From: Minisyncoccota bacterium | GTDB taxonomy: Bacteria > Patescibacteriota > Minisyncoccia > Phycocordibacterales > Phycocordibacteraceae | Assembly (NCBI GenBank): GCA_035627655.1 | Contig: DASPLI010000001.1 | Span: 112,991-176,990, forward strand | DNA: 64,000 bases | Direction: 5' to 3' | In this document: in pieces, positions 29,446-39,787 of the stretch | Layout: every line of letters begins with the position of its first letter | How positions within the stretch are numbered: position 1 is the first letter of the stretch | Notes under the pieces: generated by a model | Seen by the model: the letters and a program-made list of their open reading frames with translations, nothing else | What the model was told of the DNA's origin: nothing | Databases searched by the model: none | Translations under genes and position numbers: made by a program

Positions 29446-29838
29446 CTATCCGATAACGACTTTGAAACCACCGTACGCCATGCGCTGCATCTCAAACGGC
29501 ATTGGCTGATTCGCCCACTTCGGGTCGTTCATGGCGGGATCTTTCATGACTTTCGCATTCACGCTATCCCGATGCGCTTTCGAACGGAATGTAATGTAGG
29601 AGAACCACACCGTCTCCCCCGCTTTTGCCTTGGCGAGCGCTGGAAACGCCTGCGGACGCATGTTCTTGGATCCCTTGGGACGCAGGTCGTCGCCCATGCA
29701 CTCTTTGTAATCAAGTGCTCCGTGCTTGAGCCAAAGCTTCTTTCCCACAGAAGCCATCTTGCGATAAGCATCGATATTCTTATTCGGCACAACAAACACA
29801 AATCCGTCTACGTACTTTGCAGCGTGTGGTTTTTTCAT
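29446..29838 (-). CDS. DUF1428 (YbaA-like) protein
   Basis: YVDGFV...HGALDYKEC...MPFEMQRMAYGGF. Start at 29838, 7 nt after TATACT. Confidence 0.88.
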   Translation of the reverse strand: MKKPHAAKYVDGFVFVVPNKNIDAYRKMASVGKKLWLKHGALDYKECMGDDLRPKGSKNMRPQAFPALAKAKAGETVWFSYITFRSKAHRDSVNAKVMKDPAMNDPKWANQPMPFEMQRMAYGGFKVVIG

Positions 29839-29916
29839 GTCAGGAAGTATAGCAAATTTGACTTCTAAGCTCTCCACGATCATTATGCGCACCGGCATGA
29901 ACCTTGGGAGAACATC

Positions 29917-30285
29917 ATGCGTAGACTGCTGAGTGAAACGGAACTTCGCAGCTTCAACCTGAACGAAGACTATCGGTACCGCTATCAGGCGGAATCGTTC
30001 GTCGCGAGCGCCTGCATCATTCTCGATGCAAAATCAGCCAACTGGTTCAACGAGCTTGATCTGAATTACGTACGGACAGAAAGCCCGTATCGAGCTCTCG
30101 AGCACATCGAGAAGTTCTTCAAAGAAGAAACGCAACCACGTGATCTGACGGTCGAGATCGAGGAGGTGCTTGGCATCATTGAGTCTGCTGGTGCAGACGC
30201 CAAGCATTTGACCGCTGCCTGGATCGACGAGATTACGATGCGCCGAGCAAAGCGCTTCATGCGCAACCTGATGAACCTTTTCTAA
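29917..30285 (+). CDS. Hypothetical protein
   Basis: GGGAG SD, plausible composition, downstream hairpin terminator. Confidence 0.65.
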   Translation: MRRLLSETELRSFNLNEDYRYRYQAESFVASACIILDAKSANWFNELDLNYVRTESPYRALEHIEKFFKEETQPRDLTVEIEEVLGIIESAGADAKHLTAAWIDEITMRRAKRFMRNLMNLF

Positions 30286-30323
30286 TCGTGCAGACGGCCC
30301 GCTTCGTGCGGGCCGTCTTTCGT

Positions 30324-31694
30324 TTATCCAAGCTTTGCAAGCAGCTCCCCAATTGGCACACGTTCCTGCGCTCCCGTATCGCGATCACGTACAGTAACAG
30401 TGTCGTCTTCAAGCGTATCGAAGTCGATGGTGATGCATGCGGGCGTACCAATCTCGTCCTGACGTCGGTAGCGCTTCCCAATGTTTCCATTGTCGTCAAA
30501 CTCAACCATCATTTCCTTGGCGAGCATCTTATAGACTTCGCGCGCTTTTGAGACAAGTTCTGGCTTGTTGCGCAGAAGCGGGAAGACTGCCGCCTTGATT
30601 GGCGCCAGCTGCTTGGGGAAGCGCAGAACAGTGCGCGTATCTTCGCCAAGCGTATCCTGGTCGTAAAACTCCGTCAGTACCGCAAGGAACGTACGGTCAA
30701 GACCTACGGAGGTCTCAACGATATGCGGTACGAACTTCTTCCCTTCTTCGTCCGTGTACGAGAGGTCAGTGCTAGAGAACTTCTGGTGCTGTGTCAGGTC
30801 GTAATCGCCGCGCGCATGAATACCCTCAAGTTCCTTAAAGCCAAACGGGAATCGGTACTCAATGTCCCATGCTGCCTTTGCATAGAAGACGAGATTCTCA
30901 TGCTCATGCCACTGGAGATTCTCCCGCTTGAATCCAAGGTCGAGGTAGTACTGGAAGCGCTTCTCTCGCCACTCTTCATAGATACGCATCTCATCTTCTG
31001 GACGGACGAACATCTGCATTTCCATTTGCTCAAATTCGCGCTTGCGGAAGATGTACTGTCGCGGCGCGATCTCGTTGCGAAACGCCTTACCGATCTGCGC
31101 GATACCGAATGGCACCTTAACGCGGACCGTATCGAGTACGTTCTTAAAGTTTATGTAAATGCCCTGGCAGGTTTCTCCGCGCAGATATGTCGGCTCCTGC
31201 GTCCAATCTTCAGAAAAGTTTCCGAGGTTCGACTGCACCAGGAGGTTAAAGCGCTTTACTGGCGTAAAATCTTTCTTGCCACAGTTCGGGCAAACGATTT
31301 CTTTTCGATGCGCGTCGAAGATCGTATTGATCTCCTCGATGCTCATCTTTTCGTCGGCAAATGCTCCCACTGCCTCAAGCAGATGATCAGCGCGCGAGCG
31401 CGTGTTGCAGGCACGACATTCAACCAGCGGATCGGAGAAGCCACCGACATGGCCAGACGCCTCCCACACCTTTGGATGCGTGAAGATTGCGGAGTCGAGT
31501 CCGACAATATTCTCCTCTTCTTGCACCATGGCCTTGCGCCAGGCACTCCGGATATTCTCCGCAAGCAATGCGCCATATGGGCCGAAGTCATAGGTGCCTG
31601 GGAATCCGCCGTAGATCTCGGATCCGGGGTATACAAATCCGCGTCGCTTGGCGAGCGAAACAATGTCTTCAAGTGTTGGCGTGGTTTTTTCCAT
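30324..31694 (-). CDS. glyQS: Glycine--tRNA ligase (alpha2 type)
   Basis: LRGETCQG, FRNEI, REFEQME and IGKRYRRQDEIGTP motifs. Confidence 0.97.
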   Translation of the reverse strand: MEKTTPTLEDIVSLAKRRGFVYPGSEIYGGFPGTYDFGPYGALLAENIRSAWRKAMVQEEENIVGLDSAIFTHPKVWEASGHVGGFSDPLVECRACNTRSRADHLLEAVGAFADEKMSIEEINTIFDAHRKEIVCPNCGKKDFTPVKRFNLLVQSNLGNFSEDWTQEPTYLRGETCQGIYINFKNVLDTVRVKVPFGIAQIGKAFRNEIAPRQYIFRKREFEQMEMQMFVRPEDEMRIYEEWREKRFQYYLDLGFKRENLQWHEHENLVFYAKAAWDIEYRFPFGFKELEGIHARGDYDLTQHQKFSSTDLSYTDEEGKKFVPHIVETSVGLDRTFLAVLTEFYDQDTLGEDTRTVLRFPKQLAPIKAAVFPLLRNKPELVSKAREVYKMLAKEMMVEFDDNGNIGKRYRRQDEIGTPACITIDFDTLEDDTVTVRDRDTGAQERVPIGELLAKLG

Positions 31695-31698
31695 GATG

Positions 31699-33582
31699 TT
31701 ACTTAACGGTTCCCTTCTCTATCGTATAGGACGGATCTGAGGTTGCCTGAATATTAATTTCACGCACGGTTTGTGATACCTGTTGCTGCACGAAACGGTC
31801 AAAGCCTGCAATAACCATATCCGAAGTAAGTTCCGGACTTGTACCTTTTTGCGTAGTGCTTGGCAAGAGTTCAACCTGGAAGGCGCCCTCCTTGGTTGTA
31901 GCAGCTGCCATTTCTCCTACCGACCAGGTCATCGTACGGGATGCTTCGTCAAAGGTAATTGCTCCGACGGGCGTCACCTGGCCGGTAAAGCGAACGTAGG
32001 GTGGCAGCGTAGCGGTAACGGTCGCATCGGCAACCGAGTTGACCGTATTCTTCGCCGTGAGCAGGACTGTGTATGTTGTTTTCTGCTCTGCGACTGGCGG
32101 CCACGGACCCGTATTGGTAAATGGTCCGGTTGAGTACATCGTACGAGCAGTCAGGGAGAGATCAGTTGCTACTTTAAGCGTACGGGTTAGCGTCGAGGTA
32201 ACGGTCTCCGGCACCTTATCAGCCCCAACGCGTGTTCCGGCGACGGATACGGAGAGCGTAATCACCGGCTGACGAAGCGACGCCATCGCTGAGCCACTCT
32301 TCGTGCCAAAGAGAAACGATCCGCTACCTGTTTCTCCCGGTGCGAGATTCGCGAGTCGTTCGTTGGTCGAAACATCAAAGACAACCGTGCGGTCGGAAGA
32401 ACGGTAAAAGCCGCCACTTGCTTTTACGCTTCCCGGATCGAATGCGTCTCCCGAGATAGCAACGGTGAGCCGAGCATTAGTTACCGGTGTCGAGAGTGTG
32501 TTCTGCCATGACAGAAGCGCTGAGGTCATTTCATTGCTCTGAATCACAACCGTGTCCGAAGTATTGCGATCAATACCGAGCGAAACCGCAAGAAACGCTT
32601 TCGTGATTGAAACTGCCGCTTCTTTCGTACTGTATGGAATGCCGAGGTCGTTTGAACCAGTGGCACGCAGTGTGCCGACGGAGAAATGGAATACCCGCTC
32701 CTCCCCTTCAAGACCGGTTAGCGGTCCTTCGATGGTAATTTGTTTCTCCTCTCCAGGGCGAAGCGTGCCAAGTACAAAGAGGTCACCGACCGGAACCAGC
32801 GATGTTCTCGTTGGCGAGAAGCCGAACGGATAGTCTGCGCGTACCGCTACGTTCTCAAGCGCGCTTAGAGCATTGGAACGCACCGTAACGGTCAGCTTGA
32901 GCGGTTGTCCTGCTGAAATTTCCGAGAGTGTATCGACAGAAAGCGTAACAGGCGCGGTCGCAATCACCAGGTCGTACGAACGTTTTGAGACAAAAGTAGC
33001 GTTCGACTTTTCCGTCTGGTACTCAACCGTAATAGGAATGGAAACCTTGCTATTCTCCTCTCCAAAGAAGGTTGCGCGTACAGTTTTTCGAACGCTCTCG
33101 CCTGCTGGGATAGTGCCGAGCTCTTCAACCACACTGGTAAGTTCTTCTGATCCATCAGCCGCAGCATACACGCCCTCAGGGAACGCGAGTTCGAGCGTTG
33201 CGTCCTGAATAGCGCTTGGATTCTCGTTGGTGACGGTAATGAGGAGCGACACGCTCTCCCCTCCCGATACCGTTGTTGGACCCTCGACGTTGATATCGAG
33301 GTGGTCGCTTGAAAGCGAACGGCCGCCAAGGAATAGGACGACTGCAGCAACAATGCCGGCAAGCACAAAAAAGCCAACGGCAAATATGAGAAACAGTGCC
33401 GGACCAGAGAAGCGCGGCGGGCGGCTTTCTGGAGCCGGTCCTTCCTCATGCTTCCATCCTTCCGGTTTTGCCGGAGCAAAGTTTTGGAGCGGCTCTGCCT
33501 TGATCCCGTCGACGGGCACCGGGTCGTACAACCGATCGCGCGCTCTTCCTAGCGGACTCTCGCCATTATCTCGTTCGGACAT
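31699..33582 (-). CDS. Membrane-anchored multi-Ig-domain hypothetical protein
   Basis: Single TM helix followed by repeated beta-sandwich (DUF11-like) segments. Confidence 0.8.
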   Translation of the reverse strand: MSERDNGESPLGRARDRLYDPVPVDGIKAEPLQNFAPAKPEGWKHEEGPAPESRPPRFSGPALFLIFAVGFFVLAGIVAAVVLFLGGRSLSSDHLDINVEGPTTVSGGESVSLLITVTNENPSAIQDATLELAFPEGVYAAADGSEELTSVVEELGTIPAGESVRKTVRATFFGEENSKVSIPITVEYQTEKSNATFVSKRSYDLVIATAPVTLSVDTLSEISAGQPLKLTVTVRSNALSALENVAVRADYPFGFSPTRTSLVPVGDLFVLGTLRPGEEKQITIEGPLTGLEGEERVFHFSVGTLRATGSNDLGIPYSTKEAAVSITKAFLAVSLGIDRNTSDTVVIQSNEMTSALLSWQNTLSTPVTNARLTVAISGDAFDPGSVKASGGFYRSSDRTVVFDVSTNERLANLAPGETGSGSFLFGTKSGSAMASLRQPVITLSVSVAGTRVGADKVPETVTSTLTRTLKVATDLSLTARTMYSTGPFTNTGPWPPVAEQKTTYTVLLTAKNTVNSVADATVTATLPPYVRFTGQVTPVGAITFDEASRTMTWSVGEMAAATTKEGAFQVELLPSTTQKGTSPELTSDMVIAGFDRFVQQQVSQTVREINIQATSDPSYTIEKGTVK

Positions 33583-33605
33583 TACGAGACAGTATACCGT
33601 GCCTA

Positions 33606-34166
33606 TCAGAGACCCGAAGCAGAGAGGCCTCGATTTATTTTTCGAATGTAGTCGCTGCGTTCCTGAGTAATCTTCTCTAGAAGCTCCCCTGCGTAGCCAG
33701 TTTCTGGGAGCGCTGTGTCTGCCAAACCAAGGAAGGTTAGAAGACGGAGTGCAACGAGCGTTTCAGCGGCATCGGCCTGTGCCTCACTGAGTGTCGGCAG
33801 TACTTCAAGAAATTCTGCAAAAAGTGTGAACGGTATTGGATCGTTAGCTTCGCCGTGTATGAGACGAAGCATCAGGCTCGCAATTCGTCCGGCTCGCTTA
33901 CGACCGTCGGGAGATAGATCACGAAAGCGGTTATGAACAAGATTGGCACCTGAGAGTCGCCATCCGTCCTTGCCGCGCACCAAGATAACGTCACACTCGG
34001 CAAACGTCTGGACCGCTCCGGCAAGCTTCGCCCCGGGCTTTCGGATTCCCTGCGCACGGGCGCGAATCAAACCGAATTCTTCGGTAAGCATCGAGAGCGA
34101 AGCGCTCGCTTCTGCAAGTGGCGTGCGGGCAAGCACAATCCCTCGCGTACCGTATCTAGGACGCAT
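33606..34166 (-). CDS. recO: DNA repair protein RecO (short)
   Basis: GIVL...EA...LTEEFGLIRARAQGIRK OB-fold N-terminus. Confidence 0.88.
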   Translation of the reverse strand: MRPRYGTRGIVLARTPLAEASASLSMLTEEFGLIRARAQGIRKPGAKLAGAVQTFAECDVILVRGKDGWRLSGANLVHNRFRDLSPDGRKRAGRIASLMLRLIHGEANDPIPFTLFAEFLEVLPTLSEAQADAAETLVALRLLTFLGLADTALPETGYAGELLEKITQERSDYIRKINRGLSASGL

Positions 34167-37100
34167 CTCGCTTCAGGTCGAACTGCAGCGCGCCAGTCGA
34201 GAGCTGGACGCTGTACGGTCCTTCCCCGCGAACAACCGTTACTGTGTCTTTCGGAGATAGGCCGAGAGTCTTTCGCGCATCAGCAACTGCGCGCGCCAGC
34301 TCGCGCTCATCTCCTTCCTGGATGAGTGCGGGTGTGAGATTGGTATCAAGCTGCATCTCAGCCGCCTGCTGGCGAACCTCTTTGACGTTCACCTCATCCT
34401 TGAGAATCGCGACGAGCTCCTCGGGAAGCGTTCCTGAGATGGAAAGCGTGGCAAGCGGCTGGCGCACTTTAATATTCGCCTTTTGTCGGAGCATGAGCGC
34501 CTCTGAAGCTATGGTGCGCGTACGTGCCATATCTTTAAGAAGTTGTGCATTCGGATTGCCGAACCAGCGGCGTGGCGCCTTTGGCCAGTCGCTGAGGTGT
34601 ACGCTTTCTGGATCGTGCTCCGTTCGCACGCTTCGGTACAACTCTTCGGCGACAAACGGGAGAACTGGCGCAGTGATCTTGGAGAACTCCATAAGAACGT
34701 GGCGAAGCGTCCGGAGCGCTGCCTGCTTGTCCTGTTCATCAGTACCCTTCATACGGTCGCGCGAGCGGCGCAGGTACCACGTGGATAGGTCTTCAATGAA
34801 ATCTCGGAACGGGCGGACGCCGCGAGGAATGTCATAGCGATCAAACGCATCTGTTACCGTTTGGAGTGTTTCTTCCAGGCGCGCAAGAATCCAACGATCG
34901 AGCGGATGCGCACTCTTCCCTGTCTTCTGCTCATCAAGATCACCAGCGTAGAGGAGATAGAATGACAGTACGTTTCGAAGCATGTTGACGATACGTGCAT
35001 GCGCGTCTTTGACATCATCGTCACGGAATTGCAGATCTTCCGCTTGCATTACGGGACTTGCAAGCAGGTAGTAGCGGAATGCGTCGGCGCCATATTGATC
35101 GAAGAGCGCGTACGGGTCGGTGTAGTTACCCTTACTCTTCGAAAGCTTGGCGCCATCTTTGGCAAGCACGGTTCCAGTCGTAACTACATGGCGGAACGGC
35201 GCACGGCCGAACAGTTCAACGGAGATCGCGTGCATGTAGTAGAACCAGGCGCGCGTCTGTCCGATATATTCCGATACGAAATCTCCTGGAGAGCGCTTTT
35301 CAAATACGCCGCGGTTTTCAAACGGATAGTGATATTCGGCAAACGGCATTGAGCCGGACTCTACCCAGCAGTCCACCACTTCCGGCGTACGTGTAAGTGG
35401 CTTGCCGTCTTTCTCAAGCGTTACACGATCAAGATACGGCAAATGCAGATCAAGGTCATAGTCGCGATTGTGCGGCAGCGGCACGAAGTCGAGCTGCTTT
35501 GCTGTTCCGCGATCAAGATACGTAATCGATTCGATCATCTCGCGCGGTTTACCGCTTGCGACAAAGAACAGCATCCAGATCGGGTCGCCATGGGAAACAA
35601 TCAGAATGCGTTTGCCCTGATGCTTTTCTTCAAGCTCGTAGAGAAATTCAGCGACGCGTCGGCGCACCTGTTCATAGGACTCGCCACCTTCCGGACCATG
35701 CAGAAAACGTTTTGGAACATCACGCTCGTACGCTCGGTACTCCTCGTATTTTTTTCCCTCGAACACGCCGACTTCGATCTCTCGCAACCGGAGGTCGGTA
35801 ACGATCGCATCGGGCGAAATACCAAGCAGGCCGGCCGCAATGCGCGCTGTCTCAAGCGTCCGCGTAAACGGCGAAGAAACGATGAGGTCAATGCCATCTG
35901 CCTTCAATTGCTCAACGGTTGCCACAACGTCCTGCTTCCCTTTATCAGTGAGGGTATGACCGGTTTCCGCGCCGCCTAGCACCGTGCTGTTGATGCCCGG
36001 AACATTATTTACTGCTTCTCCGTGGCGCAAGACGATATACGTATTGCCAGAAGTTTTCGTGAGTGACTTGAGCTCCTCCACCGAACCTACGACGGTAACG
36101 TTTCCTTCCGGATCCTTCCAGATTGGGAGCGGACTTGCCCAGAACCGGTTTCGAGAAATGGTCCAATCCGGCGCACTTTCAATAATCTTGCGGAAGCGCC
36201 CTTCCTTGAGGTGGTCAGGTGCCCAAGAGATATTTTTGTTCTCCGCGAGCATTTGGTCTTTCACCGCCTGGATGTTGATGAACCACGATGAAACTGCGTT
36301 ATAGATGAGTGGTGTGCCGCAGCGATAGCAGTGCGGATACGAGTGCGTATGCATCCCGCGCGCAAACATAAGCCCGCGCGCCTCCAGATCTTCCTTGATA
36401 GGCGCTTCCGCTTTTTTCAGGTACTGGCCGCGAACGAATTCTGGCGCATCATCATTGAACGTACCGTTTGGCTGCAAAAGCGGAACCATTGGAAGTCCTT
36501 CTTTCTGGCCAAGCGCGTAATCGTCTTCGCCGTAAATGACGGCGGTATGCACAATGCCGGTTCCGTCATCAGTCGTAACAAAGTCTGCAGGAAGCACCAT
36601 CCACTTCTTCCCTTCCGATGCGGCAACCTTTGCAATAGCGTAGAGCGGCTCATAGGAAATTCCCGCCAACTCTTTTCCCGTAAGCGTGCGGGTCGGTGCT
36701 GCAAGTCCGAGAGATTCCGCGCGAGTGGTAGCGGCAACGTAGTGCACGTCATCTTGCTTGTAGATGCCGTATGTAATGTCTGGACCGACCGCTAACCCAA
36801 CGTTTCCGGGAAGCGTCCACGGCGTCGTAGTCCATGCGAGCAAATAGGTGTTCGAGGGTAGCCCATGCGTTTCTGGATCACACACCTTGAACTTCACGGT
36901 CACAGCTTCTTCCGTGATGTCCTTATAGGTGTTGTCCATGGCGATCTCCGCCTTAGCAAGCGGCGTTTCGCAATGAGTGCAGTACATCAGCACCTTTCTT
37001 CCCTCATAGAGACGTCCTTTTTTGTGGATTTCTTTAAGGCCCCACCACACGCTTTCCATGAAGGTTGGATCCATGGTCTTGTAGGAATTGTCGAAGTCGA

Positions 37101-37518
37101 CAAAGCGGCCGAGGCGGTCGATGTAGCGCTTCCAGTCATGTACGTACTCAAGCACCATCGAGCGCGCCGTCTCATTGAACGTCTCGATGCCGATAGAAAG
37201 AATTTCTTTCTTATTCTTGAGCCCAAGCTTCTTCTCAACCAAGGATTCGATCGGCAGACCATGCGTATCCCACCCCCAGCGGCGGCGCACGCGATATCCG
37301 CGCATCGTTTTGTAGCGCGGCACCATGTCCTTTGCCGTTGAAGAAAGGAGTGACCCTTGGTGTGGTAAGCCGGTTGCAAACGGTGGGCCGTCGTAAAAGG
37401 TGTACTCCCCATTCGGAGCGGGCTTTTCAAGCGTCTTCTCGAAAATCTTCTGCTCTTTCCAAAATACCAAAACAGCTTCTTCGCGCTGTGCGGTTTCCGA
37501 CTTACCCTCAACTGCCAT
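34156..37518 (-). CDS. ileS: Isoleucine--tRNA ligase (type 2) with inserted histidine-phosphatase domain
   Basis: DGPPFATG, GWDTHGLP, WTTTPWT, GTGIVH, DWTISRNRFW and KLSKS motifs. RHGE...SHG insert at ~35480-36050. Confidence 0.95.
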   Translation of the reverse strand: MAVEGKSETAQREEAVLVFWKEQKIFEKTLEKPAPNGEYTFYDGPPFATGLPHQGSLLSSTAKDMVPRYKTMRGYRVRRRWGWDTHGLPIESLVEKKLGLKNKKEILSIGIETFNETARSMVLEYVHDWKRYIDRLGRFVDFDNSYKTMDPTFMESVWWGLKEIHKKGRLYEGRKVLMYCTHCETPLAKAEIAMDNTYKDITEEAVTVKFKVCDPETHGLPSNTYLLAWTTTPWTLPGNVGLAVGPDITYGIYKQDDVHYVAATTRAESLGLAAPTRTLTGKELAGISYEPLYAIAKVAASEGKKWMVLPADFVTTDDGTGIVHTAVIYGEDDYALGQKEGLPMVPLLQPNGTFNDDAPEFVRGQYLKKAEAPIKEDLEARGLMFARGMHTHSYPHCYRCGTPLIYNAVSSWFINIQAVKDQMLAENKNISWAPDHLKEGRFRKIIESAPDWTISRNRFWASPLPIWKDPEGNVTVVGSVEELKSLTKTSGNTYIVLRHGEAVNNVPGINSTVLGGAETGHTLTDKGKQDVVATVEQLKADGIDLIVSSPFTRTLETARIAAGLLGISPDAIVTDLRLREIEVGVFEGKKYEEYRAYERDVPKRFLHGPEGGESYEQVRRRVAEFLYELEEKHQGKRILIVSHGDPIWMLFFVASGKPREMIESITYLDRGTAKQLDFVPLPHNRDYDLDLHLPYLDRVTLEKDGKPLTRTPEVVDCWVESGSMPFAEYHYPFENRGVFEKRSPGDFVSEYIGQTRAWFYYMHAISVELFGRAPFRHVVTTGTVLAKDGAKLSKSKGNYTDPYALFDQYGADAFRYYLLASPVMQAEDLQFRDDDVKDAHARIVNMLRNVLSFYLLYAGDLDEQKTGKSAHPLDRWILARLEETLQTVTDAFDRYDIPRGVRPFRDFIEDLSTWYLRRSRDRMKGTDEQDKQAALRTLRHVLMEFSKITAPVLPFVAEELYRSVRTEHDPESVHLSDWPKAPRRWFGNPNAQLLKDMARTRTIASEALMLRQKANIKVRQPLATLSISGTLPEELVAILKDEVNVKEVRQQAAEMQLDTNLTPALIQEGDERELARAVADARKTLGLSPKDTVTVVRGEGPYSVQLSTGALQFDLKRDAS

Positions 37519-37588
37519 AATTCCCTTATCCTAGGCGGTTTGTGGATAAAAAGAAAGACCGGCGCGCTCGCGCCGGTCTTGGCCTTCA

Positions 37589-37738
37589 TTACCGTTTCTT
37601 GCGAAGGCAATTGGTCGGGAGGATGTGCTGTGGCGCCATATCCTTTGTTGCGCGCGCCGCGAGAACTTTCGCTTCGTGCGCTTGAGACATAGGCGCGTAT
37701 CGGTCGCGGTTGTGAAGCGGTACCGATTCTTGCTGCAT
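37589..37738 (-). CDS. 49-aa small protein (MQQESVPLHNRDRY...CLRKKR)
   Basis: Manual translation. GGGAGAG SD and a strong terminator AAGACCGGCGCG/CGCGCCGGTCTT just downstream. Confidence 0.5.
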   Translation of the reverse strand: MQQESVPLHNRDRYAPMSQAHEAKVLAARATKDMAPQHILPTNCLRKKR

Positions 37739-37852
37739 GGATTCTCTCCCTAATCTAAGCTCCCGAAAGAGCTATGGAGGCGTAGCGTAGCATATGAGCC
37801 TCATGCCGCAAGAGTAAAAGAACGGCCGACGTGTATTACGTCGGCCGTGTGA

Positions 37853-38044
37853 TCACGCCTGTTTCCGATTTCCAGACTTCGCCTGAACGCTGGGCTGCTG
37901 ACGTTCCTCCCGCCGCTTCAATTGCGAGCGTAGAAACATAAGTCGCACCGCGCCGGAGATACTGCGTGGCCTCATCTGAGCAAGGTCACGCGATGACAAA
38001 TCTTGAAAAGCAGAGACAGACGGATGGTGAGGGTTACCTTTCAT
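37853..38044 (-). CDS. 63-aa basic small protein
   Basis: GGGGGAAG SD before ATG 38044 and terminator ACGGCCGACGT/ACGTCGGCCGT downstream. Confidence 0.5.
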   Translation of the reverse strand: MKGNPHHPSVSAFQDLSSRDLAQMRPRSISGAVRLMFLRSQLKRREERQQPSVQAKSGNRKQA

Positions 38045-38125
38045 GTTCTTCCCCCGTTTTGAAAAAACAATCGCGCGATTGCGCGACCAAGGCACCATAC
38101 CACAGCCGTTTTCAGGACCGCAACC

Positions 38126-39760
38126 CTACATCTTCTTCGGGGTGGGGATGGCAAGGAGGCGCAGTCCGTTTGCCATAGTTGCAGCAAACGCTTCCGCAAT
38201 CAGAAGCTTGTACGCTTCGTGTTCTCCTCCAATGATTCGTTCTTGCGCGTAAAATGAATTCCATTCGCTGGCAAGAAGAGTTAGGTACTGAGCGACGTGG
38301 TGCGGTGCGCGTTCCCGCTCTGCGCGCGCGGCAACTTCTGGAAAACGAGTAATCAACCGCTCAAGCGTGTAAGGTTCGCTTGGCACATCCTGCACGCTGC
38401 CGCCCTTCCCTGCCTGCGCAAGCACCGAGCGTGCGCGCACAAGCGCGTACTGCAAATACGGTCCGGATTCTCCTTCAAGCGACAGTGATTTTTCTGGATC
38501 GAAGATCACGTTGGAGCCAGCTGCCTGCCGAAGAATCATGTACTTAATGGCGCCCACAGCCACTTCAGCAGCAATCATTGGATCGTCGTTCTTTTCTTTC
38601 GCCTGCTCAATGACGCCGGCAAGGAGTCCGCTTGCGGTAATGGTATTCCCGAGTCGAGAAGACATCTTTCCAGTCGTGAGCGTGAGGAGGCCATGCGAAA
38701 TATGCGACGTCTTTGCCGCAAGCGTAGGCGCAATCTCGGAAAGAGCGGCAAGGAATACTTTGAAATGTCCGATCTGCTCACTCCCGGTTTCAATAATGAC
38801 CTCATCGCTTTCAAAGCGCTGCTCCTTATAAAACGCAAGTCCAAGGTCCTTTGCTTCATAGGTCGGCGTGCCGCGGGACGTTATGAAAACCAACGTATGG
38901 AGTCCCTTCTCTTCCCCCGGATAGATAATGGCACCATCGCTTTCCCGGAAGATGCCTTTCTGCAATCCGTCGTTCACTATCTCAATACCAATCGGCGTGA
39001 CTTCGCTTTCAAAGAAATAGTAATCGAATTTCGTATCCAGAAGTCCGTAGATTTCGCGGAACGCCTCAAGACACACCTCTCGACACTTGCGCCAGAGATC
39101 CATCAATGCCTGATCCTCGCCTTTGTAGATTTCCTGGTTGAGTGCATCAATTTCGACTTTGGCCGTCTCACTCTCTTCATACGCGCGCGAACCATGCGCA
39201 TACGCCTTATCTACCTCCGCCGCATTCGCAACGTCAGTGACATTATCTTTGCGAAGCGCCCAGAGTGCTTTTGCCACATGCGGACCCACGTCCCCGCCAT
39301 ATGAGTCGCGAATAACAGCCGCGCCCGCATTTTCCGTCAGGCGCGCAACCGACTCACCGATGATCGTGCTCATCAGGTGACCAATATGCATTTCTTTAAA
39401 TGGATTCGGGCACGAATATTCAATGGCAACGCGCTTCCCTTCTTTTGCGCTTCCCACGCCCCAGTCTTCGTCTCGCGCAACAACCAAGGTTTTTGTGATC
39501 TCTTCGCGCGGAAGCGTCATATTGATGAATCCCGGTCCTGCTACCGCAATCTCCCACCCAAGCGAGTCTCGCAAAGAGGCAGCGAGCTCTTCCGCTAGTT
39601 CTTTTGGATTGCGTGCGAGCTGTTTTGCAGCAGCAAGTGCAGCGTTCGTTGCAAAGTCTCCGTGAGAGAGCTCAGCGGGCCACTCTACCGCAAAGGAAAC
39701 GTCAGACGCGCCAGCACCTGCGAGCGCCTCTTCGACGGCCTTCCGGATAGTTGCTTCCAT
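38126..39760 (-). CDS. argS: Arginine--tRNA ligase
   Basis: GPGFIN, MHIGH, KMSSRLG and GPYLQYA motifs. Confidence 0.97.
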   Translation of the reverse strand: MEATIRKAVEEALAGAGASDVSFAVEWPAELSHGDFATNAALAAAKQLARNPKELAEELAASLRDSLGWEIAVAGPGFINMTLPREEITKTLVVARDEDWGVGSAKEGKRVAIEYSCPNPFKEMHIGHLMSTIIGESVARLTENAGAAVIRDSYGGDVGPHVAKALWALRKDNVTDVANAAEVDKAYAHGSRAYEESETAKVEIDALNQEIYKGEDQALMDLWRKCREVCLEAFREIYGLLDTKFDYYFFESEVTPIGIEIVNDGLQKGIFRESDGAIIYPGEEKGLHTLVFITSRGTPTYEAKDLGLAFYKEQRFESDEVIIETGSEQIGHFKVFLAALSEIAPTLAAKTSHISHGLLTLTTGKMSSRLGNTITASGLLAGVIEQAKEKNDDPMIAAEVAVGAIKYMILRQAAGSNVIFDPEKSLSLEGESGPYLQYALVRARSVLAQAGKGGSVQDVPSEPYTLERLITRFPEVAARAERERAPHHVAQYLTLLASEWNSFYAQERIIGGEHEAYKLLIAEAFAATMANGLRLLAIPTPKKM

Positions 39761-39787
39761 AGAGTCTGAGTGTAGCAAATGACGCAC

